Source of the DNA: Clostridiales bacterium
GTDB lineage: Bacteria; Bacillota; Clostridia; Peptostreptococcales; Anaerovoracaceae
DNA length: 64,000 bases
Assembly (NCBI GenBank): GCA_028725765.1
Contig: JAQYRL010000011.1
Coordinates: 15,281 to 79,280 of the forward strand
Reading direction: 5' to 3'
Each line of letters opens with the position of its first letter. Within the stretch, counting starts at the first letter, position 1. Below are positions 1-10,805 of this stretch, in pieces. The notes beneath the pieces are model-generated. The model saw only the letters and a program-made list of their open reading frames with translations, ran no database searches and was not told the origin of the DNA. The position numbers were made by a program, and so were the translations under genes.

Positions 1-161
1 TCATGCCTATATAAGCTTGCATATTTTAAAGCTGCCTTCTCGGCTTCCAGTCCATATTGATCTGGAACAATAACAATGCTTCTTTTATTTCCCTCAAAAA
101 TCCGCGTATATATGAACTCTTCTTTATTAAGATTTTCTCTGCCATAAAAAACATTTGTCAT
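1..161 (-). CDS. AddB/RexB-like helicase-nuclease subunit B, N-terminal fragment (gene continues beyond window edge)
   Basis: ATG at 161 preceded by GGTGAG. Translation MTNVFYGRENLNKEEFIYTRIFEGNKRSIVIVPDQYGLEAEKAALKY resembles AddB N-termini (FxYGR ... IVPDQ), but the Walker A GSGKS/T is degenerate. Confidence 0.4.
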   Translation of the reverse strand, partial: MTNVFYGRENLNKEEFIYTRIFEGNKRSIVIVPDQYGLEAEKAALKYASLYRH

Positions 162-177
162 TTTTCTCACCACAAAA

Positions 178-843
178 TTATCCCAAATTCAGGATTTCGA
201 ACGGCGTTTTAATTAAAACATCAGGCAGTTCCTCCTCATTCTGCCCTGGAGCTGAATTTCCATCATCTATTGGAACCTTAGCAGCTATTGCCCAATCAAC
301 CAGGGCAGATGTGACACCCGCTCTATTAGCACATATAATATCAAAGTTTGAATCACCAATCATAACAGCTTCGGAAGGATTGGATCCAAGTTTTTTCAGT
401 CCAAGCACAACAGGCTCAGGATTCGGCTTATGTGCACTTGTATCTCCTGCACAAACCATCGCATCAACGCAATCCATGATACCAAAGGATTCTAAGCCAT
501 CTTCTGTAGTATTTCTGAGTCTAGATGTTATAATCCCAATCTTTTTGCCGGCTGTTTTCAGTTTTTTAATCACATCGACCATGCCTGGAAATGGCTTTGT
601 TTCCTCCTTGAAATGCTTTTCCTGATATGAACGATATACTCCTATTAGTTCATCAATATTCATGCCTGGAAAAGCTTTTTCCATGGAAATCCAAAGTGGC
701 TCTCCAAACGTGCTTATTATCCACTCTTCGTCTCCTGGTACACCATTCACATATTTAAAGGTTTGGTGCCACGAATTGATTACCGTCTTATTCGTATCCG
801 CCAAAGTACCATCAAAATCGAACAAAAAAGTTGTTTTATTCAT
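178..843 (-). CDS. HAD-superfamily hydrolase (PpaX / phosphoglycolate phosphatase-like)
   Basis: 221-aa ORF with HAD motif I FDFDGTLADT at the N-terminus and distal GDSNFD motif. Starts 5 nt after the tex stop with a GAGGA RBS. Confidence 0.85.
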   Translation of the reverse strand: MNKTTFLFDFDGTLADTNKTVINSWHQTFKYVNGVPGDEEWIISTFGEPLWISMEKAFPGMNIDELIGVYRSYQEKHFKEETKPFPGMVDVIKKLKTAGKKIGIITSRLRNTTEDGLESFGIMDCVDAMVCAGDTSAHKPNPEPVVLGLKKLGSNPSEAVMIGDSNFDIICANRAGVTSALVDWAIAAKVPIDDGNSAPGQNEEELPDVLIKTPFEILNLG

Positions 844-848
844 TATGC

Positions 849-3197
849 CTATCCTCTTCTCATAGCTTTTTGCAAATCTTTTAGACTTTTCAATCTTGCA
901 CCATCTTTTGTAACTTCTTGTCTCACAGGAGTCGTATTTTGATTGCGATTTCCTCGCCTCTCATCTTTTTTCTTCTTCCTACCCCTAGTTCTTGAGTCGC
1001 TACTTATTGCAAGCTTATTAAGACCCTTCATTGAGAGTGCAATATTATTTTTCTCACGGTCTATTTCAATTATTTTTACCTTGACATTGTCTCCAACTGA
1101 AACAACTTCCAGAGGATTTTTTACAAAATGATCCGAAAGCTCCGACACGTGTACAAGCCCATCCTGCTTAACACCAATATCTACGAAAGCCCCGAAGTCA
1201 ACGACGTTTCTAATCGTTCCTTCAAGGACCATACCTTCTTTTAAATCCTCAAAAGCCGTAACGTCCTTTCTAAAAATGACAGGTGGAGCGCTATCACGAG
1301 GGTCCCTTGCAGGCTTCTTTAGTTCGGAAATTATATCTGTCAAAGTCATCTCACCAATTCCAAGTTCAGGCGATAGTTTCTCAACTGCCTTATCCATGGT
1401 TTTTGCTCCCGTTAAACCTAGAATCATACCTTCGATTCCCTGCACACCGCCTCTAGCTAGAGTGTCCTTGTCAATCTTCAGAATTTCCAACAATTTATCG
1501 CATGCAGCATAACTTTCAGGGTGAACTGAAGTTTCGTCAAGAGGCTCATCGCCACCTGAGATCCTCATGAATCCCGCACACTGTTCAAATGTTTTAGCTC
1601 CAAGTTTTTTGACTTTAAGAAGTTCCCTTCTATTCTTAAAAACACCCTCTTCTTCCCTCTGAGCTACAATGTTCTTGGCAATGCCCATATTGATACCTGC
1701 AATATATGAAAGTAGCGATGGCGATGCAGTATTCAAATCAACACCGACCCTGTTAACACAGTCCTCCACAACATTCAAAAGAGCCCCATCCAGTAGACTC
1801 TGGTTGATGTCATGTTGATACTGTCCAACTCCAATATGCTTAGGATCAATTTTTACAAGTTCTGCAAGAGGATCCTGAAGACGTCTTCCCAGTGACATAG
1901 CACCCCTTGTTGTAACATCAAGATCAGGATATTCTTCCGCTGCAAGTTTGGATGCCGAATAAACAGATGCTCCTGCTTCATTTACAATCGTGTACTGAAT
2001 ATCATAATCATTTTTGCTAAGAAATGCCGCAACCACTTCCTCTGTTTCTCTCGAAGCTGTTCCATTACCTATTACGATAATATCTATGCCAAATTTATCT
2101 ATTAGCTTTTTAAGAATCCTTTCAGTGCCTGCGACATCACTTTTCGGCTTCGTTGGATATATTGTCGTATAAGCGAGCAGTTTCCCGGTCTTCCCAAGTA
2201 CAGCTACCTTGCAACCGGTCCTATACCCAGGATCTATGCTTATTATTTTTTTGCCCCTAACAGGTGCAGCCATCAAAAGATTCTCTGTATTTTTAGCAAA
2301 AACTTTAACGGCATCTAACTCAGCTCTTTCTGTCAATACATTTCTTGTTTCTCTCTCTAACGACGGCGCAATAAGTCTCTTATAGCTATCCTTAATAATC
2401 GATTTAATAAGATCGGTATAAATATTGGCATTGTCATTGATATAAGATTTTCCTATCTCAAATTCAACCTGTTCCTCATCCATTTGAATCTTGACTTTGA
2501 GTTTCTTTTCCTTCTCCCCGCGATTTATTGCAAGAATCCTATGATTAGGTATCTCCTCAACCCTTTCAGAACGATCATAATACATATCATATACTGATTT
2601 TTCTTCAGGATTTGTTGCCTCAGTGCACAAAACACCTGTCTCGTATGTCATTTCTCTAAGTTTTTCAATCAAATCAGCATCTTCTGAAATTTCCTCAGCA
2701 ATTATATCGCAAGCCCCTTGGACAGCATCCTCCCATGTCACAACGTCTTTTTCAGGATCGACAAAAGATAGAGCTATATACTCTAGATTGCTATCCTCAC
2801 AACTCTGAGTCTTGATTCTATCAGCTAAAGGTTCCAGCCCTCTTTCTCTTGCCTTTGATGCCCTCGTTGCTTTTTTCTTTTTATAAGGCTTGTATAAGTC
2901 CTCAACCCTTTGAAGAACCTCTGCATCTTCGATTTCTTTTTTGAGCTCATCTGTGAGTTTGCCCTGCTCCTCAATCAGCCTTAATACCTCATTTTTTCTA
3001 TCTTCAAGGTTTCGAAGATATTTAAGCCTCTCATCGAGGTCTCTCAGTACAGTGTCTGAAAGTCCTCCAGTTACTTCTTTTCTATATCTTGCAATAAATG
3101 GGATGGTATTGCCTTCATCTATTAGGTTTATCGTTTTTTCTATCTGAGCCTCATCAAGGTCGAATTCTTTGGCAAGAATATCTAATATATCTCTCAT
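849..3197 (-). CDS. tex: Tex-like transcription accessory protein with S1 RNA-binding domain
   Basis: 782-aa ORF with YqgF/RuvC-like core (IDPGYRTGCKVAV), HhH region, C-terminal S1 domain (GTIRNVVDFGAFVDIG) and a basic tail. Confidence 0.9.
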   Translation of the reverse strand: MRDILDILAKEFDLDEAQIEKTINLIDEGNTIPFIARYRKEVTGGLSDTVLRDLDERLKYLRNLEDRKNEVLRLIEEQGKLTDELKKEIEDAEVLQRVEDLYKPYKKKKATRASKARERGLEPLADRIKTQSCEDSNLEYIALSFVDPEKDVVTWEDAVQGACDIIAEEISEDADLIEKLREMTYETGVLCTEATNPEEKSVYDMYYDRSERVEEIPNHRILAINRGEKEKKLKVKIQMDEEQVEFEIGKSYINDNANIYTDLIKSIIKDSYKRLIAPSLERETRNVLTERAELDAVKVFAKNTENLLMAAPVRGKKIISIDPGYRTGCKVAVLGKTGKLLAYTTIYPTKPKSDVAGTERILKKLIDKFGIDIIVIGNGTASRETEEVVAAFLSKNDYDIQYTIVNEAGASVYSASKLAAEEYPDLDVTTRGAMSLGRRLQDPLAELVKIDPKHIGVGQYQHDINQSLLDGALLNVVEDCVNRVGVDLNTASPSLLSYIAGINMGIAKNIVAQREEEGVFKNRRELLKVKKLGAKTFEQCAGFMRISGGDEPLDETSVHPESYAACDKLLEILKIDKDTLARGGVQGIEGMILGLTGAKTMDKAVEKLSPELGIGEMTLTDIISELKKPARDPRDSAPPVIFRKDVTAFEDLKEGMVLEGTIRNVVDFGAFVDIGVKQDGLVHVSELSDHFVKNPLEVVSVGDNVKVKIIEIDREKNNIALSMKGLNKLAISSDSRTRGRKKKKDERRGNRNQNTTPVRQEVTKDGARLKSLKDLQKAMRRG

Positions 3198-3201
3198 CCT
3201 A

Positions 3202-4323
3202 TTATGCCTCCTTTTGCTTTAGTTTTTCTCTGATAAAATAGTTTATATCCCCATCCATGACCTTGGATATATTTCCTACTTCAGCACCTGTTCGATGGTC
3301 TTTAACCATAGTATACGGTTGAAAAACATATGACCTAATCTGGCTTCCCCATGTTATAAGATTAAAATCACCTTGTAATTCCTTCATATCTTCTTTGTGT
3401 TGTTCATGTGCAAGTTCTGCAAGTCTAGATTTTAAAATTCTCATTGCCATATCTCTATTTTGGTGTTGACTCCTCTCGTTCTGACATGATACCACTATAT
3501 TAGTCGGGATATGAGTAATTCTAATCGCTGAATCCGTCTTATTTACATGTTGTCCCCCAGCACCACTACTCCTGAAAGTATCCACTCTTATGTCGTCTGG
3601 CGAAATTTCAATATCAATATCGTTATCAATCTCTGGCATAACTATAACCGCTGCAAAACTCGTCTGTCTCTTGCCTGCAGCATTAAACGGAGAAATTCTA
3701 ACAAGCCTATGTGTACCCTTTTCGTTCTTGAGATACCCATATGCATTTTCACCCTCAACTATAACAGTTGCACTCTTAATTCCAGCTTCCGTATCGTCCT
3801 GATAATCCACAATAGTTGTGCTAAATCCATTATCCTCAGCCCATCTAAGATACATCCTCAAAAGCATAGAAGCCCAATCCATTGCATCCACTCCGCCTGT
3901 GCCTGCATGTATCGACAAAATAGCATTATTGGAATCATATTCCCCATCAAGAAGTGTCTCAATGGTAAGTTTTTCTATAACTTCATTTATTTTATTGTAA
4001 CTTTCGATTATAGATGCAACTGCGTCTTCCTCTCCAAGTTCAACTGTCATCTCAATCAATTCAGGCAGGTCCTCAAGTTCAGATTTGGCTTTCTCATATT
4101 CAGAAACCTTATCTTCTAGCAACTTTTTTTCTTTAAGAACTTTTTGAGCCTTTTCTTGATTATCCCAAAAGCCCTCTCTGATTGTCTCATTTTCAAGTTC
4201 TCTGATACGTGCTCTTGCTTCAGCAGGTTTCAAAAATTGATTTACTTCTTGAATTTTATCTGAGAGTTTAGGAATCTCCTGCTTTATATCATCTAATTGA
4301 ACCAAATCAACTGAATTCATCAA
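3202..4323 (-). CDS. prfB: peptide chain release factor 2
   Basis: Uninterrupted 373-aa ORF with the RF2-specific SPF motif (RISPFNAAGKRQTSFA) and GGQ motif (SGAGGQHVNKTDSA). Lies downstream of secA, as in many Firmicutes. Confidence 0.95.
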   Translation of the reverse strand: MMNSVDLVQLDDIKQEIPKLSDKIQEVNQFLKPAEARARIRELENETIREGFWDNQEKAQKVLKEKKLLEDKVSEYEKAKSELEDLPELIEMTVELGEEDAVASIIESYNKINEVIEKLTIETLLDGEYDSNNAILSIHAGTGGVDAMDWASMLLRMYLRWAEDNGFSTTIVDYQDDTEAGIKSATVIVEGENAYGYLKNEKGTHRLVRISPFNAAGKRQTSFAAVIVMPEIDNDIDIEISPDDIRVDTFRSSGAGGQHVNKTDSAIRITHIPTNIVVSCQNERSQHQNRDMAMRILKSRLAELAHEQHKEDMKELQGDFNLITWGSQIRSYVFQPYTMVKDHRTGAEVGNISKVMDGDINYFIREKLKQKEA

Positions 4324-4357
4324 ATCTCCTTATTTACACCATATATTTAAACCTTAA

Positions 4358-4374
4358 GGGGTGCCAAGCACCCC
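4358..4374 (-). terminator. GC-rich hairpin between secA and prfB (weak terminator or processing/attenuation hairpin)
   Basis: GGGGTGC-caa-GCACCCC perfect 7-bp stem. The downstream U-tract on the minus strand is poor (TTAAGGTTT). Confidence 0.35.
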
Positions 4375-4443
4375 TTCTCTTTAAAAATCTTATTCTAAAT
4401 TTTTAAATGTCTTTTGAAATCAAATATCTTATTAAAATAGATA

Positions 4444-7158
4444 TTAACTATTTCTTCCATGACAATTTTTATATTTCTTGCCAGATCCACATGGGCAAGG
4501 ATCATTTCTTCCTATTTTAGGAGCATCTCTTCTGATTGGCATCTGTTTTGGCGCATCTTCACTTTCAAGTTCTTCGTCAGTATATTCCTGCTTCACTTCA
4601 TGACTTTCTCTAATAGCCGAACGTCTCTCCGACTCTGTCTGCAAACTTACATTGCAACAGAATTTAACAGTTTGCTCTCGAATCTCGGCAATCATCTGTT
4701 CGAACATATCAAATCCCTCATGTGAGTATGCCGCTGCCGGATCCTGTTGTCCTATACCTCTTAGCCCTATTCCGGTCCTCAGTTGATCCATAGCATCTAT
4801 ATGGTCCATCCACATGTTGTCTACGACTCTAAGCAAAATCATCCGTTCTACAGCACGCATCTTTTCTGAGCCGATTTCCTCTTCCTTCTCATTGTATATC
4901 CTATCAAATTCATTATAGAGATATTCTTTGAGTCCATCAGCATCAAGTTCGTCGATTTGATCTGAAGTGAAGTTGACAGCACCTTGAAATGCATCAGTAA
5001 TGCGCATCAAGTTTTTTTCAAGAGTTTCAAGATCCCACTCCTCAGGGAATTTAGATTCCAGCGTTATTGGAGTTACTATCTCATCAATTAATTCGTGTGC
5101 CATATCCAGTATAGCATCTTTCATCTCCTCATCAAAAAGAACTCTACGCCTCTGATCATATATGATTTGTCTCTGCTTATTCATAACATTGTCGTATTGC
5201 AGGACGTATTTTCTTATGCCAAAGTTTTTGGTCTCTACCTTCTTTTGTGCACCTTCAATTGATCTGGACAGCATTTTAGCTTCAATGGCCTCATCATTCA
5301 AGCCTACTCGATCTACGATTGCTTGCATCCTTTCACCACCGAAAAGACGCATCAATTCGTCTTCAAGGGAAATAAAGAACTGTGTTTGGCCTGGGTCACC
5401 TTGACGTCCAGCACGACCTCTAAGCTGATTGTCAATACGTCTTGATTCGTGCCTTTCTGTTCCGATTATAACAAGGCCTCCTAAGTCAACCACTCTCTGG
5501 TGCTCTGGCTCCCTTTCTATTTTGAACTTATTGAGATAATCATTGAACTTTTCCCTTGCATCGTTAAGTTCAGCATTATCTGTTTTGGTGAAGCCTGTGG
5601 CAAATGAAATGACTTCGTCAGTATATCCTTCCTTTTTCATGGCTTTTTTAGCTTCGAATTCTGGATTACCACCAAGCAAAATATCTGTTCCCCTACCAGC
5701 CATGTTAGTCGCAATTGTAACAGTGCCTTCTCGGCCGGCTTCTGCGATAATTTCTGCTTCTCGCTCATGCTGCTTAGCATTAAGAACGTTATGCTTGATT
5801 CCTCTTTTGTTTAAAAGTTTACTTAATAGTTCTGATTTTTCAATTGAAATTGTACCGACAAGCACAGGCTGTCCTGTAGAGTTTATCTCTGCAACACGAT
5901 TTGCAATAGCCTTGAATTTAGCGGGCTCAGTGCTATAGACAGAATCGTCAAGGTCATCTCTCATAATAGGCTTATTTGTCGGAATTGTTACAACATCCAT
6001 ATTATAAATTTCCCTAAACTCGTCTTCCTCAGTCTTAGCTGTGCCTGTCATCCCAGCTAGCTTCTGATAAGTTCTAAAGTAATTTTGGAGTGTTATAGTC
6101 GCAAGAGTTTTTGACTCACTTTGCACACTAACTCTTTCCTTGGCCTCAATTGCTTGATGCAAACCATTGCTGAATCGCCTTCCAAACATCAAACGACCGG
6201 TAAACTCGTCTACTATTACGACCTCTCCATCCTTTACGATGTAATCGACATCTCTTTCCATAATTGTATATGCTTTCAGAGCCTGCAGAACGTGGTGGTT
6301 TATTTCCATATTTTCAGGGTCACCAAAGTTGTCGATTCCAAAATAGTTTTCAGCTTTCACTACACCTTCATCCGTTAGTGACACCTGTTTATCTTTCTCT
6401 TCAAGCGTATAATCGTCATCTTTTTTGAGACCCTTCACAAAATCATCAGCTCTCATATACATCTCGCTTGATTCATCACCCTGGCCTGAAATAATCAAAG
6501 GTGTCCTTGCTTCGTCTATTAGAATGGAGTCAACCTCGTCTATGATTGCATAATTTAGTTCTCTTTGAACCATATCCTCCCTGTAAATTACCATATTATC
6601 TCGGAGATAATCAAAACCGAATTCGTTGTTAGTTCCATATGTTATATCAGCCAAATATGCTTTTTTTCTATCCTCAGGCTCTATGCCGTGTATCACACAT
6701 CCTACGGAAAGACCTAAAAAATTATATAATTTGCCCATCCATTCAGCGTCACGCTTGGCAAGATAATCGTTGACGGTAATAACATGAACGCCTTTGCCTT
6801 CAAGTGCATTCAGATATGCAGCTAATGTAGCGACAAGGGTTTTACCTTCACCAGTTTTCATTTCGGCAATTCTACCCTGATGCAGTGCAAGACCACCAAT
6901 AACCTGTACTCTGAAGTGCTTCATTCCTAGACTTCTATTAGCACCCTCTCTACAAACTGCAAAGGCCTCAACCAAAATGTCATCGAGAGTTTCTCCGTTT
7001 TTCAGCCTATCCTTAAACTCTCTTGTTTTATCTTTTAACTCCTCATCTGATAAAGCCTGCATTTCATCCTCAAGCTCCATCACTTGATCTGCAATCTTAG
7101 CAAGTTTTTTAACTTCACGTTCATTAAAATCGGCAAAAATCTTTCCTAGAATTCCCAT
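4444..7158 (-). CDS. secA: preprotein translocase ATPase SecA
   Basis: 904 aa with motor motifs [13 protein letters not shown] and [19 protein letters not shown], and C-terminal zinc finger [14 protein letters not shown]. Confidence 0.97.
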   Translation of the reverse strand: MGILGKIFADFNEREVKKLAKIADQVMELEDEMQALSDEELKDKTREFKDRLKNGETLDDILVEAFAVCREGANRSLGMKHFRVQVIGGLALHQGRIAEMKTGEGKTLVATLAAYLNALEGKGVHVITVNDYLAKRDAEWMGKLYNFLGLSVGCVIHGIEPEDRKKAYLADITYGTNNEFGFDYLRDNMVIYREDMVQRELNYAIIDEVDSILIDEARTPLIISGQGDESSEMYMRADDFVKGLKKDDDYTLEEKDKQVSLTDEGVVKAENYFGIDNFGDPENMEINHHVLQALKAYTIMERDVDYIVKDGEVVIVDEFTGRLMFGRRFSNGLHQAIEAKERVSVQSESKTLATITLQNYFRTYQKLAGMTGTAKTEEDEFREIYNMDVVTIPTNKPIMRDDLDDSVYSTEPAKFKAIANRVAEINSTGQPVLVGTISIEKSELLSKLLNKRGIKHNVLNAKQHEREAEIIAEAGREGTVTIATNMAGRGTDILLGGNPEFEAKKAMKKEGYTDEVISFATGFTKTDNAELNDAREKFNDYLNKFKIEREPEHQRVVDLGGLVIIGTERHESRRIDNQLRGRAGRQGDPGQTQFFISLEDELMRLFGGERMQAIVDRVGLNDEAIEAKMLSRSIEGAQKKVETKNFGIRKYVLQYDNVMNKQRQIIYDQRRRVLFDEEMKDAILDMAHELIDEIVTPITLESKFPEEWDLETLEKNLMRITDAFQGAVNFTSDQIDELDADGLKEYLYNEFDRIYNEKEEEIGSEKMRAVERMILLRVVDNMWMDHIDAMDQLRTGIGLRGIGQQDPAAAYSHEGFDMFEQMIAEIREQTVKFCCNVSLQTESERRSAIRESHEVKQEYTDEELESEDAPKQMPIRRDAPKIGRNDPCPCGSGKKYKNCHGRNS

Positions 7159-7223
7159 TCATTTCTCCTTATACAAACAAAATATAATATATATTGCCGG
7201 GGGTTTTTCTCGCGATATGACCC

Positions 7224-8492
7224 TTACTCATCCTCAGTCTTATTTTCTACCTTCAAATTAATTTCAATCGCTTTTTTATCATCTGCCTTTGTTACCTTTC
7301 CTTTAAAAAGTTTCTCCTCAGTTTCATAAGCAAATGTATCCCCTGATTTCGGCAATTTATCAAGCATAAGAACAACCCATCCATTGACAGTATTTACATC
7401 AATCTCAGGTTCCTCGCCAAAATAATCAAACATTTTTTCAACGTTTGCGTTGCACATTACACGATAACTTCCATCCTGAAGTTGAGTTATATCCGATGAT
7501 TCAACCTCGTCGTATTCATCATAAATATCTCCAATCAGCTCCTCAATAATATCTTCCATTGTCACAAGTCCCGCAGTACCGCCATATTCATCAACGATTA
7601 TTGCCATATGAGACTTATTAACCTGAAGACGCTTGAGCAAAACTGCTGCTTTCATTGAACCTGCAACGTATATTACTGGTTTGATATAGTCCGATATTGT
7701 TTCCTTTGAGCCATCTACATAATTGTGAAAATCCTTCTGGTTAAGAATACCTAAAATTCTATCAAGATCACCATCATACACTGGCACTCTTGAAAAACCA
7801 GTTTCCGCGAATATTTTTGCCGTTTCTTTCTTGGTCGATTCTACGTCTATTGCGACTATATCCACTCTTGGAGTAATTACATCCCATGCTTCAAGATCAT
7901 TAAATTCAATAGCATTTTGAATCAGCTCGCTCTGATCTGCCTCAATTCTGCCCTCTGTTTCTGCCTCTTCAACCATAGTTAATATCTCCTCTTCTGTTAT
8001 CCCATCTTCCGAAGATATTTTGAAAAGTTTTGACAGAAATACCTTCCACTTGCCAAAAATCCAATTCAAAGGTGCAAATAATATCATAAAGAATCTGGTT
8101 GCAGGTGCTGCAAACATAGAAAACTTTTCTGGAGCCTCTTTTGCTAAATTTTTGGGAGAAATTTCGCCAAAAATTAGAACTATAATAGTAGTAGCAATTG
8201 TCGAAACCGTAGGTCCAAAAGATCCATACAACTTAATAAAAAGTAGAGTTGCTGTTGCCGTCAATGCAATATTTACAATATTGTTCCCAATCAATATCGT
8301 AGAGAGCAGTTTGTTGTAGTCAAGAGATAACTCAAGGGCCAGTTTAGCTCTCTTATCTCCGTCATTAGCTCTATTTTTCAGTCTTACTCGATTAAGAGAA
8401 GTAAATGCGGTCTCCGTGGCAGAGAAAAAAGCTGAAAAAATCAAAAATATTATAATCAGAATAACCGGTATGACCAGTTCCCGACTTTCCAT
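7224..8492 (-). CDS. CNNM/HlyC-CorC family transporter (DUF21-CBS pair-CorC_HlyC)
   Basis: 422 aa with N-terminal multi-TM DUF21 region, central CBS pair and C-terminal CorC_HlyC-like domain. Confidence 0.85.
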   Translation of the reverse strand: MESRELVIPVILIIIFLIFSAFFSATETAFTSLNRVRLKNRANDGDKRAKLALELSLDYNKLLSTILIGNNIVNIALTATATLLFIKLYGSFGPTVSTIATTIIVLIFGEISPKNLAKEAPEKFSMFAAPATRFFMILFAPLNWIFGKWKVFLSKLFKISSEDGITEEEILTMVEEAETEGRIEADQSELIQNAIEFNDLEAWDVITPRVDIVAIDVESTKKETAKIFAETGFSRVPVYDGDLDRILGILNQKDFHNYVDGSKETISDYIKPVIYVAGSMKAAVLLKRLQVNKSHMAIIVDEYGGTAGLVTMEDIIEELIGDIYDEYDEVESSDITQLQDGSYRVMCNANVEKMFDYFGEEPEIDVNTVNGWVVLMLDKLPKSGDTFAYETEEKLFKGKVTKADDKKAIEINLKVENKTEDE

Positions 8493-8548
8493 AGCAAAAA
8501 TATCCTCCCTAGATTTTTCTGAAATTAATTACAACTCACCAGTTACAT

Positions 8549-8557
8549 ATTGTACCA
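8549..8557 (-). promoter_or_regulatory. candidate extended -10 promoter for the CNNM gene
   Basis: Minus strand reads TGgTACAAT about 55 nt upstream of the ATG. The -35 is weak. Confidence 0.35.
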
Positions 8558-8634
8558 CAAAATGGCAAAAAAGACTAGAAATTCGAGAAGATTATACGCC
8601 TCATCTATTCTCTCATTCTTGCTATCTTCATGAC

Positions 8635-8663
8635 TTGATTATTAATAAATCTCATGGTAAAAT
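8635..8663 (+). promoter_or_regulatory. candidate sigma-A promoter for htrA
   Basis: TTGATT-17 nt-TAAAAT, about 40 nt upstream of ATG 8703 (RBS GGGAGG). Confidence 0.45.
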
Positions 8664-8702
8664 TCTACATCATATGGAGATAAAATATTAGGGAGGTAAA
8701 AT

Positions 8703-9959
8703 ATGAGGGATTTTGATGACTATCAAGATGAATACTACGACGATTCTGAATATCATGATGTAGATTTTACGGAAATAGATTCAGATACTTCAGATTCTGA
8801 TTACTTCGATGATTCTGATAGCCTATATAGCGGCAAAACTTCAGATTCAAACGAAAGAAAATATATATCAAAACGAGCATTCACAATATGGCTTATAATA
8901 GCTATGGTCTTAACAGCATTGTTGACCTCACTCATAAATGGAGTACTTATCCCAAAACTCAACTATGCGGACTTTGGAAATGAAAGTGTTACACCGACAA
9001 CTTATTCAATAGCTAAAAGCAGTAAAAGTGCTATTTCAGCCGAAGAAATAATAGCAAAAAACTCGCCTTCAGTGGTAGAGATACGTACTGAATCGGTCGC
9101 AAGAGATGGGTGGCTCAATAATTTTGTTAAACAAGGAGCAGGCAGTGGCGTCATTATTAACAAAAACGGCTATATTGTTACAAATAATCATGTAATTGAT
9201 GGTGCTCAAAAAATAACAGTTTCTCTGAAAAATGGTAAAGCTTATAGCGCAAAACTCATAGGGCGTGATCCTGAAACAGATCTTGCTATATTAAAGATAA
9301 ATGCATCTGGATTAAGGCCTGCAGAAACTGGTGAAAGCAGCAAATTGCAGATGGGTCAGTTCGTAGTTGCAATCGGCAACCCACTCGGCCAACTTGGAGG
9401 TACAGCAACGGCAGGTATAGTTAGTTCTCTAAATAGAAGGATTACTATAGATGGTAAAGAAATGGAATTACTTCAGACCGATGCTTCCATAAATCCGGGG
9501 AATTCAGGAGGTGGTTTGTTTGACAACTACGGAAACCTCATCGGTATAGTTGTTGCAAAATCATCCGGTAACAACATCGAAGGAATAGGATTTGCGATAC
9601 CTATTGATAAGGCAAAGCCAATCATTGATTCTATGATAAAAAATGGTAAGCTTCCACCTCAACCAAGAGTTGGAATAATGATTTCCAATGTCCTTGATGA
9701 ATCCATGGCAAGGGAGATGGGGCTTCCAAAACCAGGTGTATATGTGGCTAAGATTTTAACACAGAATGCAAAGGCTTCTGGCATTAGAGAGGGCGACAGA
9801 ATTGTTGCTCTTGAAGGAAAAAGAATTAAAGATAGCCAAACCTTCATTAAAGAAATCAATGGATACAAAGTAGGTCAGAAAGTTAATATTACAGTAGAAA
9901 GAGACGGAAAGCAAATTGAATTGGCTGTAATACTATCCGACAAAAATGATATAGATTAA
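8703..9959 (+). CDS. htrA: HtrA/DegP-family membrane-anchored serine protease with PDZ domain
   Basis: 418 aa with acidic N-tail, one TM, catalytic contexts HVIDGA / DLAILKI / GNSGGGL and a C-terminal PDZ. Confidence 0.85.
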   Translation: MRDFDDYQDEYYDDSEYHDVDFTEIDSDTSDSDYFDDSDSLYSGKTSDSNERKYISKRAFTIWLIIAMVLTALLTSLINGVLIPKLNYADFGNESVTPTTYSIAKSSKSAISAEEIIAKNSPSVVEIRTESVARDGWLNNFVKQGAGSGVIINKNGYIVTNNHVIDGAQKITVSLKNGKAYSAKLIGRDPETDLAILKINASGLRPAETGESSKLQMGQFVVAIGNPLGQLGGTATAGIVSSLNRRITIDGKEMELLQTDASINPGNSGGGLFDNYGNLIGIVVAKSSGNNIEGIGFAIPIDKAKPIIDSMIKNGKLPPQPRVGIMISNVLDESMAREMGLPKPGVYVAKILTQNAKASGIREGDRIVALEGKRIKDSQTFIKEINGYKVGQKVNITVERDGKQIELAVILSDKNDID

Positions 9960-10016
9960 TCTTAAATCTATAAAATTGAAAAATAATTTGTCAAATAATT
10001 AAACATCTGCTCATAG

Positions 10017-10060
10017 AAAAAGGTAGTTCTCTAAATCTGGGAACTACCTTTTAATTTTTC
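10017..10060. terminator. bidirectional intrinsic terminator between htrA and the GntR gene
   Basis: AAAA-AGGTAGTTC-loop-GAACTACCT-TTTTAATTTTT: 9-bp perfect stem flanked by A-run and T-run. Confidence 0.7.
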
Positions 10061-10116
10061 TGATAAATTTATTGAATTATTAGAAACTAAATTATTATAT
10101 CAAAACAGCAACTCAA

Positions 10117-10803
10117 TCATACTTTTTTAAATCCGTGCTCTCCTTCACTAATAACAAAGTCCTTTAAATCAGCTACATGATGTAATGCCACATCCTTCGC
10201 TTTTTCTCCATCCTTAGATCTGATAGCTTCTAATATATGCCTGTGTTCTGAAGGCATATTCTCATATCTTGAAAAATCATCGTAATATAAATACCTGAAA
10301 CGAAGGGCCATATCTTGTATAGTTTCGCTTACCACTATCAGAGATTTATTCCTGCTGGCAGCTACAATTTTTTTGTGAAACAATTCGTCATATTTGATAA
10401 TATTTTCTGTATGATTCTCATATATTGCTTCTCTATACATCCCAGAAATTTTTCCCATCTCTTGAATTTCTTCTTCTGTTGCCCTTAAAGATGCAAGTGA
10501 TGCCGCAAGTGCCTCAAGTTCGCCCCTGACTTCCAGTATGTCGACCATGTCTCTAACAGAAATATCCGAAACATAGGAGCCTCGCCTAGGCTCAACCACT
10601 GTAACCATGCCTTCTTTTTCGAGTTGTCTAATTGCTTCTCTGACAGGAGTCCTGCTTACACCAAGGCTTTCAGCAAGTGTAACTTCAACAATTCGAGTTC
10701 CTGGCTTCATTTCACCAACGAGAATTTTCTTCTTTATTTTACTGTATACCGATTCTCTCAGCGATCTATAACCGTTGCTGTCACTGCTATCGTTAATTAT
10801 CAT
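10117..10803 (-). CDS. GntR/FadR-family transcriptional regulator (FCD domain)
   Basis: 228 aa with winged HTH LAESLGVSRTPVREAIRQLEKEG and a helical FCD-type C-terminal domain. Confidence 0.85.
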   Translation of the reverse strand: MIINDSSDSNGYRSLRESVYSKIKKKILVGEMKPGTRIVEVTLAESLGVSRTPVREAIRQLEKEGMVTVVEPRRGSYVSDISVRDMVDILEVRGELEALAASLASLRATEEEIQEMGKISGMYREAIYENHTENIIKYDELFHKKIVAASRNKSLIVVSETIQDMALRFRYLYYDDFSRYENMPSEHRHILEAIRSKDGEKAKDVALHHVADLKDFVISEGEHGFKKV

Positions 10804-10805
10804 TT

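Noticed and set aside
3547-4119. Long antisense ORFs inside real genes (for example 3547-4119, 5543-5938, 16074-16517, 19128-19583, 22680-23096, 44016-44456, 52987-53499)
   Set aside because: These are mirror-frame ORFs opposite strongly supported genes, with low-complexity Ser/Leu/Ile-rich translations and no RBS. They are typical shadow ORFs in AT-rich genomes.
8493-8702. Looked for an M-box (Mg2+) riboswitch upstream of the CNNM/CorC gene
   Set aside because: The likely promoter leaves only about 55 nt of leader, and no M-box-like conserved segments were seen.
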